A stretch of DNA of 64,000 nt, from positions 3,888-67,887 of IMG/VR virus record IMGVR_UViG_3300031772_000024. One strand, 5' to 3'. Origin of the DNA: a virus. A program made the position numbers and the translations under genes. Every line of letters starts with the position of its first letter. Within the stretch, counting starts at the first letter, position 1. Positions 46,397-55,453 of this stretch are shown here, in pieces. The notes under the pieces are model-generated. The model was given only the letters and a program-made list of their open reading frames with translations, made no database searches and was not told where the DNA came from.

Positions 46397-47523
46397 CGAC
46401 CACGGATCTTACTCGCGTCGATGTCGATGTCAGCTCCCTAGCCCGGCCCTCCTCGGAAGGACTGCTGCAAGCGCGAGAAGCCATCAAGGGTAATGAAGGC
46501 CTCGGCGAGGTCTTCATTACAGCGCGCGATGAGGGCTGGACGGCAGCTTCTCTCGCGGAGGCTCTCGTCCCTGGCATCTCCCAGGCTCTTGGGCACGACG
46601 CAACGGAGGAAGCCCGGTACTTGGCGGACGAGTACCTCCAGGTGGGCAACGCCATGCTCATCATCTCGACGGAAACGGGTAAGGCCATCGCCAGGGTCAC
46701 TGACGAGGACATCTGGGTGCCTAAGCGCGCCCCTCGGCACGAGATGCCCGGAGTGATGACGCAGGCGCGGGGGGAGCCTCTTGCACCTCGACTGCGACCG
46801 GAGCTTGAAGGCTACCTCATCTGGAAGTTGTCCGAGGAGGAACGGGACCAGAACCTATTCCACGAGATGATGGCGCGGGTCCAGTCCACCGACCTCATTG
46901 GGCCGGAAAACGATCGCCGCCTCAACCCCGTGACGAGGAAGGGGCGGAAAGCCATCGTCGAAGAGATCCGCGACGCTCTTCCGTACCTTCTCCCCGGACG
47001 GGCATCAGGTGCAGCACGGACCTTCCTGGACTGCCTCACCTTTGTCGAAGTGGACCCCCTTCCCGAAGGCCTCGTACGGATGGAAGGCACCTTGGAGGCA
47101 CGGGTCACCGTCCCGGTTCAAGACCCGAAGGCCTTCAACCTACGCCACGACGTGCCGACGCGTATCATCGCAGTCCTCGCAGCGCGCTGGTCAAGGTCTC
47201 TTGCCTCGGCCCTCGCAGGGGAGGCGACCCCGCAAGGGACCGAGGCTCCTGTCGCCTGGCTGGCACCCGCAACGTACGCCGCAGGCCTCTCGGGGCAGGC
47301 GCCCGTGCTCGTGATCGAGGGCGAGGATGCGGTCGGCCTGTCGCAGGGGGCGGGCTTCGTCCGCGTCGATCGCTCCGCCATCAAGTGCGCTGCTCGTGAG
47401 GTCCACGACCGCCTAGAGGTCGCAGCCAGCATCCCCTACACGATCTGGGTGGACACCTCGCGTATGGTCGCCGCCCCCGCGGTGAAGGGTCAAGAGAGCT
47501 TCGTAGCCGAGCTGGTGAGGTGA
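46393..47523 (+). CDS. Hypothetical protein
   Basis: ATGA coupling to the ATPase gene; 376 aa. Confidence 0.7.
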   Translation: MTTTDLTRVDVDVSSLARPSSEGLLQAREAIKGNEGLGEVFITARDEGWTAASLAEALVPGISQALGHDATEEARYLADEYLQVGNAMLIISTETGKAIARVTDEDIWVPKRAPRHEMPGVMTQARGEPLAPRLRPELEGYLIWKLSEEERDQNLFHEMMARVQSTDLIGPENDRRLNPVTRKGRKAIVEEIRDALPYLLPGRASGAARTFLDCLTFVEVDPLPEGLVRMEGTLEARVTVPVQDPKAFNLRHDVPTRIIAVLAARWSRSLASALAGEATPQGTEAPVAWLAPATYAAGLSGQAPVLVIEGEDAVGLSQGAGFVRVDRSAIKCAAREVHDRLEVAASIPYTIWVDTSRMVAAPAVKGQESFVAELVR

Positions 47524-47526
47524 CTC

Positions 47527-47799
47527 GTGGGTGGTTTCTACTCGTTTGTTGTTTGGTCCGATCGTGAAGTCCCTGTCCGTGAAGCGCTCGTGATCCTGGA
47601 GCCAGGGTCGAACGCTTTCAACGCAGTCGTGAAGGACATCGACGCCTTCAAGGCAGCCCTCGAAGGCGAGGGCGTACGCATCGACAAGTGCCTCGCTCTG
47701 GACGAGCACGACTCGCTTTCCATCCCTCTCACCGCAGAACTTCTCCCGGGCGAAGACCTGAACGCCCTACCTTCCAATGGACCCAAAGCCCTCTCCTGA
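47527..47799 (+). CDS. Hypothetical protein
   Basis: Operon-like packing; GAGG upstream. Confidence 0.55.
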   Translation: MGGFYSFVVWSDREVPVREALVILEPGSNAFNAVVKDIDAFKAALEGEGVRIDKCLALDEHDSLSIPLTAELLPGEDLNALPSNGPKALS

Positions 47800-48034
47800 A
47801 GTCATCCGCAAGCGGGTCGTCGAGATCGTGGGCAGGCTTGGCAAGCCTGCCCTGATCGGCCTAGTCGCAACGGAGCTGGGGTGGTGGGCAGCGTTGCCCA
47901 CCACTGAAGCCATCCTCGACGAGCTAGTGGAAAGCAAAGCCCTTCGGCGTTTGACCCCAGTCGAAGAGAGACACTGGCGTATGAAGCACGCCTACGTCCA
48001 GGCCGGTGTAGAGGATGCCACAAAGATGGGCTGA
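47777..48034 (+). CDS. Hypothetical protein, winged-helix-like
   Basis: GLVATELG...TEAILDELVESKALRR. Confidence 0.5.
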   Translation: MDPKPSPEVIRKRVVEIVGRLGKPALIGLVATELGWWAALPTTEAILDELVESKALRRLTPVEERHWRMKHAYVQAGVEDATKMG

Positions 48035-48051
48035 CCATCGGAGGTGGCTAT

Positions 48052-48789
48052 ATGGGCAAGCGACTCAGGTTCCTCACGGACGTAGATGAGGTACTAGGGG
48101 ACTTTCAGATACCTGCGTTACGGATCATGGAGCGCATCACGGGGCGTAGATACACCCCCGAGTCGTTCACGGAATGGGACATGTTCTCGCTCGTGTCGGA
48201 CGAGGAGAAGCGCGCTGTCTTCGCCGAGATCGAGAAGCCTGGCTGGTGCCAGAACGTCCAGCCGTTGCCCGGTGCAATTGACTTCATCAAGGAGGTTCGG
48301 AAGCACTGCGATGTCTTCGTGGTGACCTCGCCCTTCCACAGCAACACGTGGGTGGCCGAACGCTATGCCTGGCTGGCGAAGCACTTCGACTTCAAGTCGT
48401 CGGAGGTCGTGCACACGAGCGCGAAGCACCTCGTCGTGGGCGACGTGTTCCTCGACGACAACCCGAGCAACATCGATAAGTGGTGCGCCGCACACCCTGG
48501 CAAACTCGGGATGCTTTGGCACATCCCAAACACCCGGCTCATGCCGTACGACCACGTCCGTGTCCGGTCGTGGGAGGAAGCCTTGAAGCGGACACTGGAC
48601 TTCCAGGAGAGGCCCTCGGTTTACGACCTGCTTCGGAAGGCCGAGTGGCACGTTCAAGAAGACAGGGATGGTGTCAGCTACAACTGCTTCGAGTGCGGGG
48701 GGTCTGCATTTGCAGCCATGCACAAGCCTGGGTGCCAGGTCGATGCGATCTTGAACGCGGTGTATGGGCCCGCGCGGAGGCTCCCATGA
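48052..48789 (+). CDS. 5'(3')-deoxyribonucleotidase (HAD, NT5C family) with C-terminal Zn module
   Basis: DVDEVLGDF, PLPGA, VTSP, K...GDVFLDDNP; tail CFECGG...HKPGC. Confidence 0.88.
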   Translation: MGKRLRFLTDVDEVLGDFQIPALRIMERITGRRYTPESFTEWDMFSLVSDEEKRAVFAEIEKPGWCQNVQPLPGAIDFIKEVRKHCDVFVVTSPFHSNTWVAERYAWLAKHFDFKSSEVVHTSAKHLVVGDVFLDDNPSNIDKWCAAHPGKLGMLWHIPNTRLMPYDHVRVRSWEEALKRTLDFQERPSVYDLLRKAEWHVQEDRDGVSYNCFECGGSAFAAMHKPGCQVDAILNAVYGPARRLP

Positions 48790-49952
48790 ACCCGTATCTA
48801 GCACTCGTCCGTCATGTGCTGGCGGAAGGGACTCGGAAAGAGAACCGGACCGGCGTCGATACAAAAAGCACGTTCAACTACAACTATGAGATCGACCTCC
48901 GTCGAGGCTTCCCACTCCTGACCACGAAGGCGGTGAGTTGGAAGAACATTGTGGTGGAACTTTTGTGGTTCCTTTCCGGTCAGACAGACATCGCAATTCT
49001 GAAGCGCCACGGGTGCAAGTTCTGGGATGCGTGGGCGGACCCCGAGACCGGGCGCGTGCCCAGTGCATACGGGTCGTTCTGGCGGCAGTTTCCGGTTCAT
49101 GCCCGAGCCGAGACCCCCAAGTTCTGTCCCGATTGCGGCGGGCGCATGGACATGGCTGGTCGCCCTCCAGCCCATATTCCCAAGTGTGACTATCTCAAAC
49201 GCTCGACGCATGATGTGGGTGGCTTCAACGACCAGATCCGGTGGGTCCTCGACGAGATGAAGAGGAACCCGATGTCCCGCCGCATGGTCGTGAGCGCGTG
49301 GGCGCCGGGCAACGCGCAGTTGAGCAAGCTCCCGCCTTGCCACTGCCTCTTTGCGTTCAACGTACAGAACGACCCGCCGCCCGAGTATGTGCACTACGGG
49401 CACAACTACGGGCATGACCCTGCGTGCAACACCGCTCCTGGCACGGAAGGATATGGGCTTCTTCCACACGGGGAGGGGATGCGGCAGGGGCTTCGGTGGT
49501 GCCCTGAGTGCGCGAAGCTGATCTCGTACCTCAAGGACCCGCCCCCGAAGGACGACCCCAAGAGCCTTTGCCTCCATCTCACGCAGCGATCGGCGGATGT
49601 ATTTTTGGGCGTACCTTACAACATCGCTAGCTATGCCCTGCTCCTGCACCTGTTCTCGCGCTTCACGGGCATCGCCCCGGGTATCTTCGCGCACACGCTG
49701 ATCGACGCGCACATCTACACGAGCAAGCCCGATGGGAGCCAGGCCGAGTACGACCACGTGCCTGCTTTGCGCGAGCAACTCTCTAGGTCGCCACGTTCGT
49801 TGCCACGCCTGATCATCGATGACCGCATCAAAGGGCTTGACGACATTGAGCGCTTGCTAGAACCAGCCGTGACCACCGAGGAGGTCATGAGCTACTTCAT
49901 ACTGGACGGCTACGATCCGCACCCCGCGCTGCACGGTAGAGTGGCTGTATGA
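48786..49952 (+). CDS. thyA: Thymidylate synthase with two Cys-rich insertions
   Basis: NRTGVDT, FPLLTTK, ELLWFL, SRRMVVSAW, LPPCH, QRSADVFLGVPYNIASY, DAHIY. Confidence 0.95.
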   Translation: MNPYLALVRHVLAEGTRKENRTGVDTKSTFNYNYEIDLRRGFPLLTTKAVSWKNIVVELLWFLSGQTDIAILKRHGCKFWDAWADPETGRVPSAYGSFWRQFPVHARAETPKFCPDCGGRMDMAGRPPAHIPKCDYLKRSTHDVGGFNDQIRWVLDEMKRNPMSRRMVVSAWAPGNAQLSKLPPCHCLFAFNVQNDPPPEYVHYGHNYGHDPACNTAPGTEGYGLLPHGEGMRQGLRWCPECAKLISYLKDPPPKDDPKSLCLHLTQRSADVFLGVPYNIASYALLLHLFSRFTGIAPGIFAHTLIDAHIYTSKPDGSQAEYDHVPALREQLSRSPRSLPRLIIDDRIKGLDDIERLLEPAVTTEEVMSYFILDGYDPHPALHGRVAV

Positions 49953-49962
49953 AGGTCGCGGC

Positions 49963-50502
49963 ATGAGCGAGTGGCTCAGAGACGTAGAGGGCGAGATATG
50001 GCCCAAGGATAAGGTCGAGGCACCTCCCGTGGCGGGGACACTCCTGGATGCTGATCGTGAGTGGCTCCAGGAGCTGGAGAAGGATCTCTGGCCGAAGGAT
50101 CACAAGAACGGTGTGGTGTCTCTTGAGGCCAGCCGGCCGCTCACCGTTCCTGAGTTCAAGCGGCTGAATCAGATCCTGAAATCCGGATCGGTCGTGGTGG
50201 AGATGATCTCCACCAATATGTTTGGCGGCTACGGGATCCAAATCTACGAGCACGAACCCTACCCCCATACGGGCCCGCTCTACCTGGCGTGCGTCACCGA
50301 GGATCACATGCCTCTTCGGAAGGGTGAAGTGATCCGGCCAGGCCACCACCGGAAGCTCGATGAGAAGGGCCACCCCTCTGGTTCTGGCTCAACGCGGGCG
50401 TGGAACTACTTCTCGAAGTACACGCACACGAAGGTCATGGAGGGCTGGTGCGCGAAGTACAAACTCCACAAGCCTGAGAAACGCTACCACTACGACTACT
50501 AA
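49963..50502 (+). CDS. Hypothetical protein
   Basis: Internal repeat EWLRDVEGEIWPKD / EWLQELEKDLWPKD. Confidence 0.6.
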   Translation: MSEWLRDVEGEIWPKDKVEAPPVAGTLLDADREWLQELEKDLWPKDHKNGVVSLEASRPLTVPEFKRLNQILKSGSVVVEMISTNMFGGYGIQIYEHEPYPHTGPLYLACVTEDHMPLRKGEVIRPGHHRKLDEKGHPSGSGSTRAWNYFSKYTHTKVMEGWCAKYKLHKPEKRYHYDY

Positions 50503-50534
50503 TCCTCCGGTGTAGAGGGAGGGTGGAGGTAAAA

Positions 50535-51044
50535 ATGCCGCAAATCGGACTGATCGTAGGTATGGACCCGAATGGGATCATCGGGGCTGACGGTGGATTG
50601 CCCTGGAAGATTTCCGCCGACCTCAAGCGGTTCAAGGCCACGACGATGGACGGCACGATCATCGTCGGGTCGAAAACCTATCTCAGCATGCCGGCCAAGC
50701 TGCCGGGGCGGAACATCATCGTGGTCACGCGAGAGCCTAGTACGCGAAAGGATCTCCAGGATCGCGAGCCCGCAGCGATCTGTAAGACCGTGCGAGAGGC
50801 CATCGAGAAGGCAAAGACGCTCCCCGGTGACATCTGGGTCGGAGGCGGATCCTTCATCTACGCCGAGGCGCTCAAGGAGCGTCTCGTGGATGTCCTGGAC
50901 GTAACGATGGTCCCCGTGGTCGATGAGTCGAATTTCACGGTGATCACTCGGTTCCCGATTTGGTTCATCTCGGATTTCCGCATGGTCAAGGAAGAAGCGA
51001 ACCCGGACGACCCCCAACTCACGCAACGCCGCTACGAGCGGTAA
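50535..51044 (+). CDS. folA: Dihydrofolate reductase
   Basis: IIG..GGLPWKISADLKRFKATT, VGSKTYLS, LPGRNIIVVTR, WVGGGSFIY. Confidence 0.92.
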   Translation: MPQIGLIVGMDPNGIIGADGGLPWKISADLKRFKATTMDGTIIVGSKTYLSMPAKLPGRNIIVVTREPSTRKDLQDREPAAICKTVREAIEKAKTLPGDIWVGGGSFIYAEALKERLVDVLDVTMVPVVDESNFTVITRFPIWFISDFRMVKEEANPDDPQLTQRRYER

Positions 51045-51053
51045 AGGTACTCG

Positions 51054-51422
51054 ATGAGCAAGTTCCACTTCGCGATTCAGGCGAAGGCGGGCGACGACCG
51101 TTCAAGCGTAGCAAAGGTCTTTTTTGAGAAGGCCCAGGCATCGAAGGTCGCCTTCATGTCTCTGGAGTCGCTCGATGACTTCACGGTGGGGACCCACCGT
51201 TTCATGCGCTTCCGGGTAGACGCCAACCCCCTCCCCATCCTCGAAGAGCTTTTTGTGGAGGGGCGCGGCGTCATTTCTCTGACCGACGCCTACCGGGTCC
51301 GTCTCCCAGGTGGCCGTACGGCGGTCGTCCCACACGCGACGATGCAGGCCGTGGCACGCGCCCCCTACGCCTTCCGGGGGACCAAACAGAAGCACTGGGA
51401 GAGGCAATTCGGGTCCGCTTAG
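51054..51422 (+). CDS. Hypothetical protein
   Basis: AAGG SD; operon packing. Confidence 0.6.
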   Translation: MSKFHFAIQAKAGDDRSSVAKVFFEKAQASKVAFMSLESLDDFTVGTHRFMRFRVDANPLPILEELFVEGRGVISLTDAYRVRLPGGRTAVVPHATMQAVARAPYAFRGTKQKHWERQFGSA

Positions 51423-51463
51423 GGCTCTTATCGGCAGGCAGGGGAGGGAGACTCCCTGCCTGC

Positions 51464-53185
51464 ATGTTTTTCCTAACTGCCAGCGACAGGCCCTTGGCGG
51501 GCACCACTGACCAGCTCCCGAAGTACGAGGAGTGGCTGACGGAACTTGATCTTCGGCCCCCGGACACGCGCGACGTGTACTGGGAGAAGATCCGTGACCG
51601 CCTCCTCGACAACTCGGTCAGCAAAGACCTGCCCAAAGCGATCCGCGAGTGGGCTCGAAAGGGAAAGCCCTACGCGAGCCCCGACTCGCAGTGCGAACTT
51701 TGCGACAAAGAGCCCATCACGTGGAACTTCCCGATCTACAACAAGGCTCGGAAGAAGGCGCTCCACATCGGGTCCGAGTGCATCGTCAACTTCCTACACG
51801 TCAGCTTCAAGTCCGACATCGAGACGATCCGCGCGCAGACCATCCGCGAGATCAAGTCCCTGCGGCGGAAGCAGGAGGGGCGTAACACCCGCCCGCAAGC
51901 GCAAGCCGAGTCCGACGAGCTGCTCGAACTCGAACGGGCCATCCGGGACTACGCTCACGTCGCGGGCACGGGCGAGGATTTCCCGATCCTGCGGCACCTC
52001 TACGCGTTGAATGACATCCTTCGGCCGCTATCCCTCCTCGGGGTCAAGTCGTCCGCGATGGATGGCGGGCAGAAGGCATTGCTCGCGTGCCTCGAAGTAA
52101 AGCGCCTCGCGGGGCAGCTCGCGATCGACACGGATCCGAACCTAGGGATCGTTGAGATCGCCCGCGTCATTCTCACGCGACGCAACCTTCGGGACCGCAA
52201 GCCGCTTCTCCTCTCGCTCCGCAAGTCCCTCGACAAGGTCTTCCAAGGGCGCCCACCGAACGATGTCGTGGTTCGCCTGTACGACGACTTCGACGAGAAG
52301 CGCCAGTCGTTCGTGCGCGAGGCACGAACGACTCAGACGCTATTCGAGAGCAAGCTGGATGGGCGCAGCAAGGACTTCCTTCGCTTCGTCGAGAAGTACC
52401 CCCACCTTCACTTCGTCCTGGAGGCTGGCATCACGTCGGCCAAAGGCGAGTGCGGGCGTCGTCGTGCGCTCTATGAAGCGGCTGTACTCGACAAGGATCT
52501 GCTGGATCGGTTCGGGCGCATGGATGGCCCCGCGCTCGCCAAGCTCTTCGACATGTCGAAGCTCTTCCCGGATCCCGACCTGCACGCCTTCACGTCGAAC
52601 ATGGCTCGGGCCGCGAGCCACCTCCTCGACTTCCTGTACGACATTCGCCATGGCGAGGACAAGAAGGTCGTCGCCGCGGTGGCCGACCAGTTCAAGCGGG
52701 TCATCCATGACGAGATCGGCGTTCAGGCGGCGCTGCTACAGGCCGCCGATGACAGCCTCGTTCTGCCGGAGTCGCGCGGGCGCCACACCATCGAGGACTT
52801 CATCGACCTCATTGGGCTTCAATCCCCGGGCATCGTCCGGCTGCTCATCAAAGAGGTCGACGACCTGGAGAACGTCCGCTTCGGCGAGGCGCAGCTCTTC
52901 GACCGCATGTCGAAGGACTTGGGCTTCGACGTAGAAGACACGCTGCGCTTCTTCGACGCCTACAACGACGTGGATGCGAAGGCCTGCCGCAAGCTCGTCT
53001 CGGGCTGGCAAGCGGGCAGGAAGCCCGCCCCGGACGACCTCCGCCTCTTTCTCACGCGGCGCTCCTCGAAGCCGGAGAAGCCGAAGCGAAGCATGCTCGA
53101 TCAGCTCCGGTCGGAGCTTGGCTCGGACGTGGGCTGGATCATCAAACAAGCGCGCATGATGGCGCAGGCCCGGAGGCAGGGATGA
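51464..53185 (+). CDS. Large helical protein with N-terminal zinc motif (possible virion protein)
   Basis: CELC..PI...F.I.N......IGSECI; CTTAT motif and RBS hairpin upstream; LTAS leader. Confidence 0.7.
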   Translation: MFFLTASDRPLAGTTDQLPKYEEWLTELDLRPPDTRDVYWEKIRDRLLDNSVSKDLPKAIREWARKGKPYASPDSQCELCDKEPITWNFPIYNKARKKALHIGSECIVNFLHVSFKSDIETIRAQTIREIKSLRRKQEGRNTRPQAQAESDELLELERAIRDYAHVAGTGEDFPILRHLYALNDILRPLSLLGVKSSAMDGGQKALLACLEVKRLAGQLAIDTDPNLGIVEIARVILTRRNLRDRKPLLLSLRKSLDKVFQGRPPNDVVVRLYDDFDEKRQSFVREARTTQTLFESKLDGRSKDFLRFVEKYPHLHFVLEAGITSAKGECGRRRALYEAAVLDKDLLDRFGRMDGPALAKLFDMSKLFPDPDLHAFTSNMARAASHLLDFLYDIRHGEDKKVVAAVADQFKRVIHDEIGVQAALLQAADDSLVLPESRGRHTIEDFIDLIGLQSPGIVRLLIKEVDDLENVRFGEAQLFDRMSKDLGFDVEDTLRFFDAYNDVDAKACRKLVSGWQAGRKPAPDDLRLFLTRRSSKPEKPKRSMLDQLRSELGSDVGWIIKQARMMAQARRQG

Positions 53186-53219
53186 GTCGAACCCGCGTAT
53201 GGTTCAAAGGGGGCGTGTG

Positions 53220-53999
53220 ATGCCCCGCGTAGCAGCAGTCCAGTTCGCACCCGCCTTCAAAGACAAGAAGGCGAACCTGCGTCGCCTCGCGACCCTGGTG
53301 ATGGAGGCCGCAAAGAACGGCGCAGAGCTTGTCGTTCTGCCCGAGCTTGCAACGACCGGCTATTCTTTCATGTCCAAGGCAGAGGCAGAGCCCTTTGCCG
53401 AGAATGTAGCTCATTTCAAGTCCGGCATGCCTACGAGTCCAGAGTCAAGTCTTGATGTGATGTATGCTCTGTCGAAGAAGTATAACGTCCATATCGCGTG
53501 GGGCCTTATAGAGAGAGATGTCGGCACAGGCGACCTCTACAACACTCAGGCACTCATAGCCCCTGATGGGTCATTTGCCTCGTATCGCAAGATTTGTAGG
53601 TGGGGTAACGACTTTTTGACCTTTGAGGAGGGGCGTGGAAACCCCCCCATCATGCGATGTCATTTCAAGCATGGCATGAAGCGCGTGGGGCTGCTCATCT
53701 GCCGTGACGTGCGGGACCGGAAGGACGACAACTGGAAGTCGTTCTACGAGCGCGGTGACGCGGACATCGTGTGCTTCTCAGCCAACTGGGGCGAGGGGGG
53801 CTTCCCGGCCGTCGCCTGGATGGAATTTGCGAAGGACAACAACGTCCGGCTCATCGTCTCGAACCGCTACGGTGAAGAGGGGGGCAAGCCCAACCGCTTC
53901 GGCGGGGGCGGCGTATGCGTCATCGAGCCTTCAGGCAAGGTCCACTGCGAAGGCCTTCGTTGGAGCCAGGACTGCATCGTTATGGCCGATATCCCGTAG
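53220..53999 (+). CDS. Carbon-nitrogen hydrolase (nitrilase superfamily)
   Basis: VAAVQF; Glu-Lys-Cys triad as LPELATTGY, YRK, GLLICRD; SNRYGEE. Confidence 0.9.
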   Translation: MPRVAAVQFAPAFKDKKANLRRLATLVMEAAKNGAELVVLPELATTGYSFMSKAEAEPFAENVAHFKSGMPTSPESSLDVMYALSKKYNVHIAWGLIERDVGTGDLYNTQALIAPDGSFASYRKICRWGNDFLTFEEGRGNPPIMRCHFKHGMKRVGLLICRDVRDRKDDNWKSFYERGDADIVCFSANWGEGGFPAVAWMEFAKDNNVRLIVSNRYGEEGGKPNRFGGGGVCVIEPSGKVHCEGLRWSQDCIVMADIP

Positions 54000-54288
54000 A
54001 CGTAACGGTGAGCACGAAGCGCTCACCTATGTCCTTCCGTAGAGACCGCACCACCGAGGCTGGGGCAAGGATCTCTACGCTTGCGGGTCGGCTTCGGTCC
54101 GAGAACGGCCGTAGTACGATCTCCTTGAAGTGGATCATGAGCTTTCGAGGCCAATCGCAAGGCATCTTGTCGAGGTGCTCCTTTCGGACCTCGACCATGA
54201 CGACCTGAATGGGATCCTTCACCTTGGTTGGGACTTTCCGTGCTGCTGCGGTCATAGAGTCCTCCGAGGCCTTCTGCCTGTCCGCCAA
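53980..54288 (-). CDS. Hypothetical protein
   Basis: ORF fills the gap downstream of the 54589 gene. Confidence 0.45.
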   Translation of the reverse strand: MADRQKASEDSMTAAARKVPTKVKDPIQVVMVEVRKEHLDKMPCDWPRKLMIHFKEIVLRPFSDRSRPASVEILAPASVVRSLRKDIGERFVLTVTSTGYRP

Positions 54289-54307
54289 AGACAGCGGATA
54301 GGAGGAA

Positions 54308-54589
54308 TTAACCGCGTCCGGGCGGCTTCAAAGGTAGTTTGCTCGCCCACGGCAGGGGTCCAGCAGGCGCGCTTGTGCGCTTCGGCGCGGGCGGAGGGGG
54401 CACGACTTTGCCGTGCATATCGAGGTCTGTGTACTTTTTCTCGACCCAGATGCGCTGGTTTTTCGAGAGGCTGATCATCCGCCCATCGCGGAGATCATCG
54501 TACATATTTTGAAATGCCTTCTGCTCCCCAGGCGTGAGCTTCTTCGAGGAGATCACGGCCCATAGCAACGTCAGATCCGTTGGTTTCAT
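54308..54589 (-). CDS. Hypothetical protein
   Basis: ATG 11 nt after GGTGTA on the minus strand; LSKNQRIWV; ends LPLKPPGRG. Confidence 0.65.
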   Translation of the reverse strand: MKPTDLTLLWAVISSKKLTPGEQKAFQNMYDDLRDGRMISLSKNQRIWVEKKYTDLDMHGKVVPPPPAPKRTSAPAGPLPWASKLPLKPPGRG

Positions 54590-54624
54590 ATTGGAGACGC
54601 TACACCGCCATGGTGTATCCTTAC

Positions 54625-55146
54625 ATGGCGCCAATGCTCATCGACTTCACGCGTCGATCCGTTCGAATCGATCCCACGGAACGCCCGGGTCTGCTGGTGC
54701 TCCGCGCGGCGTCCACGCACAACTTCCACGCGCAGCTTGCGCCTGGTGAGCACGACGGCGACCCCTGCACGGACGGCGGTCTCTTCCCCGACGCGGAGTG
54801 GGAAGACGATCGGATGACGACCTTCAAGCGCTTCCGTGAGTGGGCCATCTGGCAAGGCCTCTTCGAGGATGTCACGGCCGACGGGAAGTACGCGTTCACC
54901 ATCGAGAGCGCGTTCTTGGCGGACGGGGAGCATGACGACATCCGGATCGTCCAGGTGGCGCTCAACCCGGTCTGCTTGAATGCCGGATGGGAGATCGAGC
55001 TGAAGACCATCCAGGATGAACCGGTCTCGTTCTCCCTCATCGCCGAGGACTACGACCAGTCCCTGCGCCCCGAGAGCCACGAAGACGACGAGGATGACGA
55101 GCCCGCCGAGGGTGCGAACTGCTTCAGCCGTCTCCTCGACGACTGA
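54625..55146 (+). CDS. Hypothetical acidic protein
   Basis: Follows the divergent GGTGTA; start uncertain (54625 or 54634); ends CFSRLLDD. Confidence 0.6.
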   Translation: MAPMLIDFTRRSVRIDPTERPGLLVLRAASTHNFHAQLAPGEHDGDPCTDGGLFPDAEWEDDRMTTFKRFREWAIWQGLFEDVTADGKYAFTIESAFLADGEHDDIRIVQVALNPVCLNAGWEIELKTIQDEPVSFSLIAEDYDQSLRPESHEDDEDDEPAEGANCFSRLLDD

Positions 55147-55155
55147 CAAAGTAGA

Positions 55156-55186
55156 AGAGGCCCGGAGACCTATGCCTCCGAGCCTC
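55156..55186. terminator. Hairpin between convergent genes
   Basis: GAGGCCCGGAG-N8-CTCCGAGCCTC. Confidence 0.45.
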
Positions 55187-55208
55187 CATCTGAGCCAGCG
55201 GGATTCGC

Positions 55209-55367
55209 TCAGCTCTTCTTGGCGGCTGTCTTCGTAGCCGTCTTCTTCGGCGCGGGGGTAGCCTTCGCGACCTTGCCCGCCTTCTTCGTGGTCTTCGTCT
55301 TCACCGGGGCGCTCTTCGCCGCCGGCTTCTTCGCTGCCGGCTTCTTCGCCGACTTCGTTGCAGCCAT
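55209..55367 (-). CDS. Histone H1/Hc-like Lys-Ala-rich peptide (52 aa, missing from the ORF track)
   Basis: MAATKSAKKPAAKKPAAKSAPVKTKTTKKAGKVAKATPAPKKTATKTAAKKS; GAGGT SD. Confidence 0.75.
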   Translation of the reverse strand: MAATKSAKKPAAKKPAAKSAPVKTKTTKKAGKVAKATPAPKKTATKTAAKKS

Positions 55368-55453
55368 GACAACCTCACATTTGGGATTCGATCCGATCCA
55401 TTTCGGACTGGGTGAAGTTCATAACTGAACAGATAACCCGTCAAGGGAAATCG

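Noticed and set aside
26373-51044. Modified-base (dU, hmdU or dZ) genome or alternative genetic code
   Set aside because: Canonical ung, thyA and folA indicate ordinary thymine DNA. Known genes end correctly at TAA, TAG and TGA, so there is no sign of recoding.
55219-55428. 69-aa hydrophobic plus-strand ORF (AAGFFAAGFF) as a membrane peptide
   Set aside because: It is the antisense of the Lys/Ala-rich peptide, which has the SD and the expected codon usage.
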